Positions 50,701 through 63,770 of a stretch of DNA of 64,000 nt are shown in pieces. Both the position numbers and the translations under genes were made by a program. Each line of letters opens with the position of its first letter. Positions within the stretch are counted from its first letter, which is position 1. This stretch comes from Enoplolaimus lenunculus. Taxonomy: Eukaryota. The notes beneath the pieces were generated by a model, which saw only the letters and a program-made list of their open reading frames with translations, was not told where the DNA came from and made no database searches. The stretch covers positions 248,001-312,000 of the forward strand of contig JASANG010003005.1 of NCBI GenBank assembly GCA_030248215.1. Reading direction: 5' to 3'.

Positions 50701-53700
50701 GGATGATTAGTTTCTAAAATAGGGCGGGGGGGGCAAAAATCTTCCAGGGGAACCGAGTCCCCTTGTCCCCTCTGGCTGCTTCTCCGTAATGACCACAATT
50801 CGTGAACCTGCCGATTATGACCAAATTATTTTCCGACCTAAATTGTAAACGTTTTTGATTTGGTTTTAGGTTTGGCGAGAAGCAGGCACTCAAGTGTTCT
50901 ATTCTTATGGAATTGGCTTTGGTGCCATTATGGCTCTTGGAAGTTATAATACTTATCATCATAATTGCTATTTGTAAGTTGATTTTTAGACAATTTATCA
51001 TATAATGATAATGGTTGCACTGTAAATTGCAGTGAGTTGATTTTAACTCAGAATGAGTTGAATCATTCAGTCTGAGTTAGGACTATAAGAACTAAGCATT
51101 TTGAGTTGATTAAATTAATTCTGAGTTAATTATCAACTCATCCACAGTCATCTCAACTCAGAGTGAGAATCAACTCAACTGAGAATGCGTTAATGTTTAC
51201 TATAATAATTCAGAAATATCCAACTCGCTAGCTGAATTGATTAATCAGCTAAGTGGAATTGGCAGTGTGGGTTCGAATAATAAGAACTGTTTGTTTTATA
51301 TACCTGCTATTTAAGCTATCAACACAGTTTGTGCAAAAATATCAAACTGTCAGCTGTAAACAAGCTTTCTTCAAAAGCTGAAACCGATTCCGGAAACCAT
51401 CCACAATGAATGTTTTCCCGTAGACTCCATAATGTTGAGAAATGATACTTAGAATAATTTGTTATAATCCCAACAGCGCCTGTAAGTTTACACCATCCAT
51501 ACATACTTGCAGCAAAACTGAAGTACCTACACTGTAAATTGTTATGAGTTGATTAATCAACTCAACCAGTGAGTTAGTTATTTTTGAATTAATATTATCA
51601 AAAGTGGATGATCACTCTTTATAACAAGAGTGTGCAACTGGGTATATTCTGTGTATTAAAAAATGTACCCGACACGCGTTGCGTTTTTGGCCTACGCCCC
51701 TTGTTTAGGGGGAAGGGTCTGAATGCACATACAAACAACTTTAGTGTGATTAAACAACATAGTTGACCCCCCTTAAATGAGGGGTGTAGGTGTACTAAAG
51801 CATACTTTATTGTTAATCTCTTGCTTAAACCCCCCCCCCTGACTGAGGGGGGGGGGTCGAACAAAAATGCAACGCGTTCTGGTACATTCTTTAATGCACA
51901 GAATGTACCCAGTTGCACACTCTTGTTATAACGAGTGATCATACACTCTTGATATTATTAAACATTAACTCAATATGAGTTTAGTTGATTTTGGTGGAGT
52001 TGCTTAATTAACTCAAAATGAGTTGAATTGACTCAGAACGTTGAGTTCTGATAGCCCTAACTCAGATTGAGTGATATAAATCATTCTGAGTTAAAATCAA
52101 GTCACTGAAATTTACAGTGTAAGCATTCTTTACAATTTCGAATGCTGGTGACGGTTCGTCTTAACGCACCATATTACCCAAGTAATTTTTGGTCGATTAG
52201 CTTGGAAAAGTTTCATAAATCCATAAATTGGACTAAATTACTCGAAAGTTGTAACCTTAGTTCGTATTTGCTTATAGGGACACGGTGAGTCTGGTATTTA
52301 TCAACCTGGGTACGAGTTTAACTGCTGGTTTTGTCATATTCAGCGTACTTGGGCATTTAGCTCACACAGCGCAAAAAACGGTCGCTGAAGTCGTAAAGTC
52401 TGGTAAGTCAAAGGAAAAAGTCACCAAGCATGTATTTTGGGCCCGCCGCCTTAGAAAGTTTTCAGCGTTGCTTGTAACTCATTGAAAACGCTTGAATGCC
52501 CCACCTGAAAATTTTTAGCCACCTAGCAAGGTTATCTGACTACGGGTATGCCAGCGTTGTTATGAAATTAAAAAAGTTTCAGAATTAATTACAGCTGAAA
52601 TTCACGCTGATATATCCTAAAGGTTTGAATGTTTAAATCGAAAGAGTTGCTCAGATAACATTTCGGGCCAATGTTTAAGGGGCGTAACAATAGATTAAGC
52701 TTATTCCTAAGCCTAAGCCTAAGCCAAAAAATGTAATCTAGAATCTAAACTTACTCTTTTATGGACCCACCAGAAACCTGGACGCCCCTTAAAGTAACAT
52801 GGGCCATATTTCGAATGGGTATAAACATTAAGTGTGCTGGAATACAACAAATCAAACACATATCTGTATAAACCTTAAAGCTTTACATCTATTAACCTTT
52901 AGCTTTAATCCCAAGCATAATTTGATCCAGTGACAATGTCAAACACTGTGGGTTGAACGTGTATCAGAGTCGAATTTTTGTACGCAATAGTTTTTTATGA
53001 ATTTGCATATGTCGGCGATATAATTTTAGGAGTCGGCCTGGCGTTTTTGGTGTATCCAGAAGTTGTTGCCGTCCTTCCAATTTCGCAACTGTGGTCGGTT
53101 CTGTTCTTCACAATGATTACTATTCTTGGCTTGGATTCACAGGTTTGTTTAAGTGTATTGAGTTACACCTCAGACAAGCGTGTTGTACACTGCAAAAAAT
53201 GGTGAGTCAAATTAACTGTCACCGAAATAGGCTTTACGGGACTGCACAGACTGAGTCACAATTCGACTCGTACAGAGTCAAAATGTGCGACTCAGTGAGT
53301 CGAATTTGACTTTGACGGAGTTGAATTTGGCTCTGACGGAGTTGAATTTGACTCAGTTTGTGTAGTCACGTAGAGCCTATTTCGGAAAGAGTCAATTTGA
53401 CTCACCATTTCTTGCAGTGTACAGTAAGACCGCTTATTTTATAAAAAAATAAAGCAAACAAGATATGACCATACCTGTTCCGTTTAAGCTTTAATTAGAG
53501 ACTGAAAGTCAACTGAAATAATGAAGTCAAATGAATTTTACAAATCAAATATAAAATCGTAAATGGCCACAAATCCGTGGAGTGTCGGGTAATTTTTAAC
53601 TCCATGATCAATATTATCAACTTTGTTACGCCTGTGACAAACTATCAGTAGTGCAAATATGACAAAAATAAGTAAATCGTGCACATATTTTCATTTGCAA

Positions 53701-56700
53701 TTAGGTTTGTGCTTAACTTTGGCTCATGTAAAGATCAGGGGCGGAACGTTTTTCTGTGGGACTAGAAAAGAGTAAGCTTAAAAGCTTTAGACTAATTTTT
53801 TTGATTGGTTTAGGCTTAGGCTTAGAAATATGCCCATTATTACGCTTATGCTTTTAGACTTAGGCTTGGGTTTAGGAATATAATGAATATACTCATTATT
53901 ACGCCTGTGCTTAGGCTTAGGCATGCTTACGCTTAGGCTTAAGCTTAGGCTTACGCTTAGAAACATGCTCATTATTGCGCTTATGTTTAGGCTTAGAGTT
54001 AGGCTTAAGAATATGCTTATAATACTGTTCCGTCCCTGTACTTTACATTGGCCCTAAAACTTTCACATGTTGTTTTCTGAATCTGTCAGATTGCAAAGCT
54101 GTACTTTTCAAAAGCATCAAAGCGGCTTTGGTTGTATCGGCTTACAACTTTGCTAATTGAAAAGTGCGTTAGTGGAACTGGAACGATAGTCTAGCGATCC
54201 TTATGATCCTATGAGTCCCGTTTACTTCTTGCGATGCTTATGATCCTATAAGTCCCGTTTACTTCTTGTGATGCTTATGATCCTATAAGTCCCGTTTACT
54301 TCTTGTGATGCTTATGATCCTATAAGTCCCGTTTACTTCTTGTGATGCTTATGATCCTATAAGTCCCGTTTACTGTTGTGATGTTCAATTTATTATCAGG
54401 TTTGCATGGTCGAAAGTGTAATGACATCGTTGTATGACGCTTTTCCGCGGGTTCTTCGTAAAAACAAACAAATCAGCGTACTGGTATTCTGTATTGTCAC
54501 ATGTTTGCTTGGTTTAACAATGCTCACCCAGGTTAGTAGGTGGTTGCCTTAATTGAGTATGTAACGTAACCGGTACCGTGGGACGTGCCCACGAATCCCC
54601 GGTCGCAGGAGCACCGGTGACAACGGGGTGGGTCAATCTTGTCGTGAATGACGTGGGCCGTGCCCACGAATCGTCGATCGGAATAATGTGAAAAACGGTT
54701 TATAATTTTGAAGCCCCAATGCGAGGTTTTTGAAACCCTAATGTCCGGTGATAAGGGCGGCAATTTTGTTCTGAACAAAAGTGTTTTTTGTATTTTCAAC
54801 ATGGTAAATAGCAAAATGTCAGGCGCTTCGTATGAGACAAGACGTATTTTTCTCGTTGTATGGACGCTAATGATGTCAAGGGATGTTAGATTTTTGGCAG
54901 TGTACGGGCTTCTGTATGGTAATTTCAAAGATATGTCGTTTCAAAACTTTTATGACAAAATGTAAAAAAAATTTCGCAGCTCGCGCGGAGCAGAAATATT
55001 TGAAGTATAATTCTAAGCCAAAACCTATTCATAATGATGAGCGACACATTGTCAAGTCGACGACACGAGTACTCTTTAAATGCTAACAATAGCTTGATTT
55101 AAGCTTAAGCGAATCCAACAGTATTAAATTACGTTTTTAGATTAACTAAACTAACAGGATTAGTTTACGCTAAACTCGTAGTTTAAACTGAAAAATATGT
55201 TAGTCTGTGTTAAGCTTATAATTATAGTTTAGTTAGTCCGTCAAGTTTTACTTAAACTAATATTCAAATTAGTTAATCTATGAGTTAAGCTTAAGTTTTT
55301 AGAGATTAGTACAGTCCTGAATTGTGATCTGTGCCTTTCTGGCTATTTAGAAACGAATATAAATGAATTTTATTTGAATTCTGAAGCATAATTAGCTGGA
55401 ATAATTTTTATTTATATATTAAAGCTAGAATGCGCCACATACGTATTTTTTGGCAACTTTCCAGCATTACTTTGTTTTTACAACATTATCTGGGAACAGA
55501 AACGTGATTGTTAGGTTATAACAAAATTTGCATGCAGATTGTTGTTCGCTAATTTTTGTGCATTGCGCAAAGTCAGCTGACTGGTATCTTGTTAAACAGC
55601 GGCAGCATTATTCGTTTTGTAGGCTGGTCAGTATTGGTTGACTCTAATTGACGGTTATGGTGCAAGCGGGATAACACTGTTGGTTGTTGTATTCTTTGAA
55701 GTGGTCGGTCTTTCGTGGGGATTTGGTGAGTTTGAAACAACTGAAACTGTAAAACTACTCAGGTGATCCTGTCCAGCAACAAAAATTACGTTTTAAAAAA
55801 TATTAATTACTCTCAAGCGTAAACTAACTTGATTTAAGATAAACTAATCCTGCAGTATTAAACTAAGTTTCTATGTTAACTGAACTAGCAGGTTTTTTAC
55901 TCTTAAATTAATTTAAAGTGTTACGTATTTTCAGTTTGAGCTAAGCTTAGTGAACGCTCAGATAAACACAATTTGTAAGCTGGATTTGTTACTTAAATCA
56001 AAAATAAGTTTACTTTAAACTCGTGTTAAACTAAAAATATGTTAGTTTAAATAAAGCTTAAAATTCTAGTTTAGTTAGTCTGTCCAGCCGTTTGAGTTTT
56101 AACAAATATTCAAGCTTAGTTAAGCTATAATTTAAGTTTAAGTTTTTAGAAAGTAAATACTACTAATCAACACGTCTTTGTATTACAAGCAATACATCGC
56201 AGTTTGAGTACAGTTTGTGATTTTCAGTCTGCTCAATTTTTTCATTTTTAAAAATTTATCGTAAGTTACCGGTGGCGGTGGCAATAGCCACAGTACATCT
56301 GCAAAAAGTTATCACCCGCACTCGTAGATTGTTGCTAAAATTATTTAAAAATACAGTCTCGGCAAGGAGTCCAAAACAGTTATCAGGCTTTTGAGTATTA
56401 CCTGCTATAGCGCGGAGTTTACAGTTATCTTGATATGAAATGTTTACTACGGCGCGGTCAAGGAGTCGGACAATGAACGTAAGCTATATCACTATAAATT
56501 CCAATGAATTGATTAATCAATTCAGCTAGCGAGTTGGTTATTTCTGAATCAGTACACATTAACTCATTCTCAGTTGAGTTGATTCACATTCTGAGTTGAG
56601 TTAACTCTGGGTGAGTTGATTAACTGACTCAGAATGAATTGAATCAACTCAAAATTTTGAGTTCTGAAATAGTCCTAACTCAGACTGAGTGATTAAACTT

Positions 56701-59700
56701 ATTCTAAGTTAAAATCAACTCACTGAAATTTACAGTGATACCGTCATGTCGTCCAGCTTTCAATAGGATATCCTGTCCAGTTTTTATAGGCGCTGAACGA
56801 TTGTTCAAGGCTCTTCAAGATATGGTTGGTTATAAATTGACTCGCCTTTGGATCTATTGCTGGAAATACACCGCGCCGGCAGTTTGCGTGGTAAGTGTAA
56901 TTTGATACATTTGATTAAATGTTAGCATAACCTGTAAGGGGTCCAAAACAATTTGAGGAAGGTAATGCGGTTGAGATAACAAGCTTTTATTTGATTTCTA
57001 CAGAAGGTCCTCCACCCTGTTATTCGGTTGCGAACTGTTATTTATTTCGAACCCGCCTCCGAAACCCTTCGTTACTGATATATATCCGGTATTGCGATTA
57101 TCCGTTGAATTAAACGTTTATTTGTCTTGTGTCAATAGCTTGAGCGATCATGCAAGGTTAATGTACTTTCAAAACTTAAGTATACTTTAAAGTTTCGAAC
57201 ACAACTTTATTTGGACTGCATTTATTTATGCACTACAATTAGGGATAATTGACATTTATGGACGCTTCTAATCAGGGTTTATGGACTCTATCTGCTTACG
57301 GTACCCTTATCAGAGATACGGACTCCAATTAATTGGGACTCAAAATGGGGACCATCTTATTGCCTCCTGTTATTCGGGTCACTACAGTAATACATTTAAT
57401 TTGTATATGTTTAAAAGCAGTTGGAACTGTGTTCAAACTCAAAATATGTATGTGAGGCGTGCCAGCTTTAAATTATACAGATTGGCTTAATGTGAGATTT
57501 ATCACAGTATGATTTTCATAGCACATTGAATACTCTCACTACATTTACTGTATCTAATGGACAGCCGTATATAATACAGGTTCATTTAATAAACTAATTG
57601 CCATTCCTTGCCAAGCAACCGCAGTCAGCTTAAGGTGAATTTTTCGAATTTAACCCCTTCTCACATTGAGTCGCCTATAGGCAACTCAGCGCAGTGTATA
57701 TACGGTAAATAATATACATCGCACCGTGTTTAACAATTGCAACACATATACATAGTACTACACACCACAAGACGTGACAGCCCCCTCGGGCTCGAGCGTC
57801 AAGCTCCTATAGTTGAGTGGTGTTGGTATACGCTTCCCACTCCAGTGACTGGAGTTTGAATATAGCCTAAAAGTAGGTCTCAGGGGAAATAGAAAATATT
57901 CATGTGAGAAAGGGTTAAATTTTTCAAACGAAAGTTTCTTGATTTCAGGTAATTTTCTTACTGACCGTGATTAAATTTGAACCGTTAGAAATGACAACTG
58001 GGAGGCCGTTCCCTGCTTGGGCGACTACGCTTGGTTTCTTGATGACGTTTTTCTCAATATCGATGATATTCATTTTCGCCATTATTTCGTTGGTTCGTGC
58101 TAAAGGCACACTGCGACAGGTAAAATTGAATACCGTAATTTATAGTTTCAAACTCATTACACTATTTTAGTAAACAATGGTAATACTTAAAATGAAAACA
58201 TTTGCAAAATTAATATTATTATTATTTTACAATTTTTTCAAAAACAATTTTTTCGAAAATCAATAATTTCATTAGATATTAAAATAACATCCAAAATTTG
58301 TTATTATTTTACTATTTTTTAATTTTTTTTCGAAAATCAATAATTTCATTAGATATTAAAATAACATCCAAAATTTATTATTATTTTACTATTTTTTAAT
58401 TTTTTTTCGAAAATCAATAATTTCATTAGATATTAAAATAACATCCAAAATTTGTTATTATTTTACTATTTTTTAAATTTTTTTTTCGAAAATCAATAAT
58501 TTCATTAGATATTAAAATAACATCCAAAATTTATTATTATTTTACTATTTTTTAAATTTTTTTTCGAAAATCAATAATTTCATTAGATATTAAAATAACA
58601 TCCAAAATTTATTATTATTTTACTATTTTTTAAATTTTTTTTCGAAAATCAATAATTTCATTAGATATTAAAATAACATCAAAAATTTATTATTATTTTA
58701 CTATTTTTTCAAAAAATATTTTTTTCGAAAATCAATAATTTCATTAGATATTAAAATAACAACTAAAATTTATTATTATTTTACTATTTTTAAATTTTTT
58801 TCGAAAATCAATAATTTCATTAGATATTAAAATAACATCCAAAATTTATTATTATTTTACTATTTTTTAAATTTTTTCTCGAAAATCAATAATTTCATTA
58901 GATATTAAAATAACATCCAAAATTTATTATTATTTTACTATTTTTTAAATTTTTTTTTCGAAAATCAATAATTTCATTAGATATTAAAATAACATCTAAA
59001 ATTTATTATTATTTTACTATTTTTTCAAAAAATATTTTTTTCGAAAATCAATAATTTCATTAGATCTTAAAATAACATCTAAAATTTATTATTATTTTAC
59101 TTTTTTTCTAGTTTTTTTTCAAAAATAGTTTCATTAGATATTTATAACTCAAAAAACATCCATTTTTATACCTTATAACGTCGTATTATATTTTTAAACC
59201 TATATCCGATGCTAAGTCGATATCTTTTTGAATGTCGGTATCGTAAATGCAAAGTATGCTATGTTTTTGTAATTAATATTTGCAAAATTAGTTTTGTGTC
59301 CTCTAAATTGGCCCCTATACACTGTCTCATTAACAGGGTGTAACTGGCATATTCGTAACTGTAACTTATAAACTTGTTTTGAGCGTAAAAATAACTGAAT
59401 TTCCGTTATTTCTGTAACAGAAACAGGTACCGATTTTTACCGGAAACGGATATCCGGTTACGTGGCGGATCCACGATCTCAAAATGGGGGGGGCAAAATT
59501 TCACATGTAATAAAGTTACTTCTGACCCACACTCAAACCACGAACTATTGTCACAAAATTGTTGTATAATTTTTGTCGAGATGCTGTTGGGGGGGCACGG
59601 CCGGGGTGCCCCCCATGGATCCGCCATTGACACCGTGGTTGTCAGAGAAACGTATAACATTTTGGAAATTTTCATACTTCAATATCTGTTTTCCATTTCC

Positions 59701-60925
59701 GTTATTTTGATTACTATCCGTTTCCGTTTGCGTTATTCTTACTATCCGTTTATTCCTTGAACCATAGGTTTTAAACCTACTCTCAGAACAAATCTTACCT
59801 ACGCTAGACATAATGCGGCGTTCATATTATAACTGGGGCAGCTTGGAACACGTTTTGTCCAAGTTGATTCGACGTCAACATAAAGTTTTGTGATCCAATA
59901 GCGGTTATGTAGACAAAATGTGAATGTCATATGACATTGGCTTACAAATCACTGATGTCAAGCGATCATCGTATACAAATAACCATTTGTCATATGATAC
60001 TGCGGGACATTTATGCGAATATCATATGATATTCCAAAATTCTACTAAATATCATATGATATATATACAGGACAATGGAATTTGTGCACGCTAAATAAAA
60101 CAGTAAAGAGTCGGATAATGCAGCATCAAATGATTTCGCAAGTTGAATTAGCTTCTACGTTTCTGTTTCTCGCTAAGTTTTTCCCAAAATGTATTCCTAA
60201 GTACAAATAATTCAAATTTGAAATTTTAGTATCATATGACATTCTACAGGACAATCAAGCTAGTTTACCACAACTTTGCAGACATTTTCAAACATATCAT
60301 ATGATACTCGCAGACAATATTTGGAATATCATATGATATTGCAGTACAAACAGTAGATGTCACATCAGGATAGCAGACAATTCAAATTTTTTGAATCTTA
60401 TAGCGGATAAACGGTTAGACAAAATGTTACCAGCTATAGTCATAGGGACAAAACGTGTTCCAGGCTGCCCCAGTTATAACGTGACCCCCGCATAAGCTTA
60501 GCTAAGTCTTCACCTAAACTTTTTATAAACCGTGGATTAAGTCTAAGCCTGAAGTCTTAACCTTAAATGTGGGCAAACTATTACAGGAAGCCTTACATTT
60601 TAAAGCAGGGTCATTGTTACTTTTAGGGCCGCAAAAAGCGTATTCCTAAACCTAAACGTAGACGCTGGAACAAGTGTATTCCTAAGCCGAAGCCTACGCA
60701 AAAACGTGTCTAGAATTTAAGCTTACTCTTTTACAGACCCTCGCAAACAACGTGAGTCAAACTTTGTGTGTTTATCCGTCGCAATAAAGTTTGATAATAG
60801 TTTCATTCTTTTAGCGATTGCAAAAAGTGCTAAAACCATCAATACCGTTACCGTACAATGAAGGTTCAGACGTCAGCGATGGGTACCTGGATGACCCGAA
60901 ATCTGAAGAGCTTCAAAAAATGTAG
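44794..60925 (+). CDS. snf-3: SLC6 / neurotransmitter:sodium symporter, SNF-3-like (putative betaine transporter); ~644 aa, 14 exons
   Basis: Phase-consistent exons: 44794-45112, 45645-45776, 46543-46687, 47412-47522, 48445-48577, 49797-49931, 50870-50973, 52278-52402, 53030-53142, 54400-54531, 55623-55725, 56790-56890, 57949-58119, 60815-60925 (TAG); 1935 nt in total. Motifs: [79 protein letters not shown]. Similarity to C. elegans SNF-3 is recalled, not computed. Candidate poly(A) signal AATAAA at 61034. Confidence 0.93.
47779..48166. mobile_element. MITE with ~25-bp TIRs in an SLC6 intron
   Basis: ATGTCGTAGCCCAAATCGTAATT / AATTACGACTTGGGCTACGACAT in a TA context. Confidence 0.7.
50045..50310 (+). 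mobile_element. piggyBac-like MITE carrying a tRNA-like cassette
   Basis: TTAA at both flanks; ends CCCTTTC...CACA / TGTGAGAAAG(A/G)G. Second full copy 57654-57914 (TTAA/TTAA); partial copies ~41582-41700 (-) and ~6230-6330. Confidence 0.75.
51598..51952. mobile_element. MITE with ~95-bp TIRs nested in a CACTG family B copy
   Basis: TCAAAAGTGGATGATCACTC...TGCGTTTTTG / CAAAAATGCA...GAGTGATCATACACTCTTGA, flanked by TATTA on both sides. Confidence 0.8.
54198..54383. repeat. 37-bp minisatellite x5
   Basis: Unit CTTATGATCCTATAAGTCCCGTTTACTTCTTGTGATG; TTATGATCCT starts at 54201, 54238, 54275, 54312, 54349. Confidence 0.95.
57001..57387. mobile_element. Dispersed repeat family ending GGGTCACTACAG(TA), unassigned
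   Basis: Shared core GGACTCTATCCGCTTACGGACTCTTATTAGGGATACGGACTCC also at ~17510-17790 (-), 22030-22335, 23195-23308, 34680-34881 and 43795-43975 (-). Confidence 0.65.
58245..59130. repeat. AT-rich ~78-bp tandem satellite (~11 units) in the last SLC6 intron
   Basis: Unit CGAAAATCAATAATTTCATTAGATATTAAAATAACATCCAAAATTTATTATTATTTTACTATTTTTT...; starts at 58254, 58331, 58408, 58487 and onward. Confidence 0.95.
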
Positions 60926-63592
60926 AAAATTTTTAGTATCGCTCTGGTTCCCACATATTTTATAATATGATTTAAATGTTTCACACATGGCTGTTAAGTA
61001 TGAGGCATTTTTAACTTTGGCAGTTATCTGTACAATAAACTCATGGTTAACGTATTAGGTAACATTTTGTTCGCTTATCAACCTCAGTATCGTTAAAACC
61101 TTGTGATGCGTTAATACACTGTAAATTTCAGTGAGTTGATTTTAACTCAGATTGAGTTGAATCACTCAGTCTGGGTTAGGACTATCAGAACTCAAAATTT
61201 TGAGTTGATTCAATTGATTCTGAGTGTATTAATCAACTCACCAAGAGTCAGCTCGCCTTACAGTGAAAATCAACACAACTCAGAAATTAATGTTTACAGA
61301 TATTAATTCATAAATAACCAACTGACAAGCTGAATTGATTAATCAACTCGTTGGAATTTACTCTGTAGGTCACGTTTGATTTTGATAATGTTTGATATTA
61401 GATTTATCTTGAAAGTTGAACAAACGTTCGTCTTGAGTTTTAGTTTTTAAAAATGAATTTCAGTTGTAGAAATCTTCATGTTATGCTCAAAATAAGGTTA
61501 ATGTAACAACAAATCGTATTGGACAGTGAACATGGTAGTGACCCGAGTAAGAGGGATCAGGGTAATAAGATAATGTCCCATTCTGAAACCCAAGCAATAG
61601 GAGTATGCATCTGCACTGTAAATTCCAATGAGTTGATTAATCAATTCAGCTAGTGACTTGGTTATTTCTGAATTAATATCAGTAAACGTAAACTCACTCC
61701 GAGTTGAGTTGATTCTTACTCTGAGTTAAGTTAACTTTGGGTGAGTTGATTAATTAACTCTGAATCAATTGAATCAACTAAAATTCTGAGTTCTGATAGT
61801 TCTAACTCAGACCGAGTGATTCAACTCATTCTGAGTTAAAATCAACTCACTGAAGTTTACAGTGTGTGATTGATTACTGGTTAGGGACTGTTAGTAGATT
61901 GAGTATATATAAGCCTTAATTAGAGTCCATGAAAAAGGCTGAAGCAAAAAATAGATTAGGCTGTTCAAATATGTAACAGCTATTCAGATAACCAGCGCTT
62001 AACTTTATGGAATCCAGAAAAAGTTAACCGAACATGGCAGTCAGCTATAATGCTTCGGAGTAAGCCAGTTCTGCCCAAAAGTAAGAATATAAAAGAATGC
62101 TGTTTGGTGCAATGGCCAATGTAAACAACAGGGGCGGAGCAGTAGTATAACCATATTTCTAAGACTAAGCCTAAGCGTAAAAATGAGCATGTTCTTAAGC
62201 CTAAGCCCAAGCCTAAGCCAGGCAAAAATTTAGTCTAAAGCTTAAGCTTACTCTATTGCAGTCCCACAGAAAACGTTCCGCCCCTGATCTTTACATGGGC
62301 CGGTCAAACTAATATAGATTGAATTATAATAAATAAAAGTCCTTAACCGAATAAGCGCATGGTTACTTCTGGGGGGGGGGGCAAATTAATATCGGTCCCC
62401 GCTTTTATTCGGGTCACTACAGTAGTGACAAATTTTGGCCAACGTTACTTTTAGGGGCGTAACAGTAGATTAAGCGTGTCCCTAAGCTAAAGCCTAAACA
62501 ATGCAAACATGTGTTCCTAAGCTTAACCCTAAGCCTAAGTAAAAAATCTAATGTAGAATTTAAACCTACTCTTCTATAGACCGACCAGAAACCTGAACGC
62601 CCCTTAAAGTAACATGGGCCCACATTTTTGTTGCGTCAACGTGTAAATTAAGCGTTTATGTTATATAAATAATGAATGTAGTTCATTAAAATTTGCAAAA
62701 ATACATATGAAGCCGTCTTCACAAGAATAATCGGATTCTTGCTCAGCAATCGCTGATAAATAATCATTTGGCTTCGGTGTCGGGGTTGCTGTGTAATTTC
62801 TCCCCAAGCGCAAATTAACGCCCACCCAAGAAAGATAGCGGTAGCAATATTTTTCACACGGAAACATCGCGTTAAAATAGCTTACAAGTTTACCCTACTT
62901 AGCTCAGGTTATATCTCCATGTTAGTATCTTTATCGCACCGATCAACAATACGCCGACGCGGTCAATATAAAGAACAGAGGTGGAACAGTATAAGTATAT
63001 TCGTAAGCCTAAGCCTAAACCTAAGCGTAAGAATGAGCGTATTCCTAAGCCTAAGCCTAAGCGTTGCAAAAGCGTCAACCTAAGCCTAAGCCTAAGCAAA
63101 AAATGTAGTATAGAATGTAAGCCTACTTTTTCACAGACTGCACCAGAAACCAGAACGGCCCTAAAAGTAACATTGCCCGCAAAAAGTTTATATTTTGACG
63201 AAAATCGAGATATTTTCATTATGGTTCAAACAAATCGAAAACGCAAGTTTCATTATCAAGTGTTGTCGTGGCTATAATCTCTATTTAAGGTTTAGACTAA
63301 TTTTTGCTTGGCTTAGGAATATGTTTAATCTACTGTTACGGCCTTAAATGTAACATTGGCCGTGATTCCTACGCAAATTCATTCGATAATTTGATTGAGC
63401 GGAGACACGCAATCTGACTGCCATTTCTTGCAAGCTTTAACACTGGCCTTTCTTATTGACGACAAGAAAAAACAACATGAATGATACCCCACATTTAAGG
63501 TTAAGGCTTAAGCCTAAACGTAGACTTTAATAAGCATAGGCATAGGCAAAACCGTAAGGATACGCTTACGCCTAGGCCCACATTCTAAGACG

Positions 63593-63770
63593 TAGCACCT
63601 ATCACCAGTTAGTAATAGGTCTTCAAACTAACAGACTGCTGCAATTGCAAATTTCAAAATTTACGCCAGACGTAGAGTATTAAATCGAATGCAATAAATT
63701 TGTCGAATTTCAAACTTCACCATTCCCGGTTCGAAGGTTACAAGACCTATCACCAACTGGTAATAGGTGC
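63593..63770. mobile_element. Small MITE with ~30-bp TIRs
   Basis: TAGCACCTATCACCAGTTAGTAATAGGTCTT / AAGACCTATCACCAACTGGTAATAGGTGCTA; a related end lies at ~49085-49135. Confidence 0.6.

Noticed and set aside
55650..55665. GYG tripeptide in an SLC6 exon as a displaced K+ filter
   Set aside because: It is part of the normal TM10 DGYGASG motif and unrelated to the channel gene.
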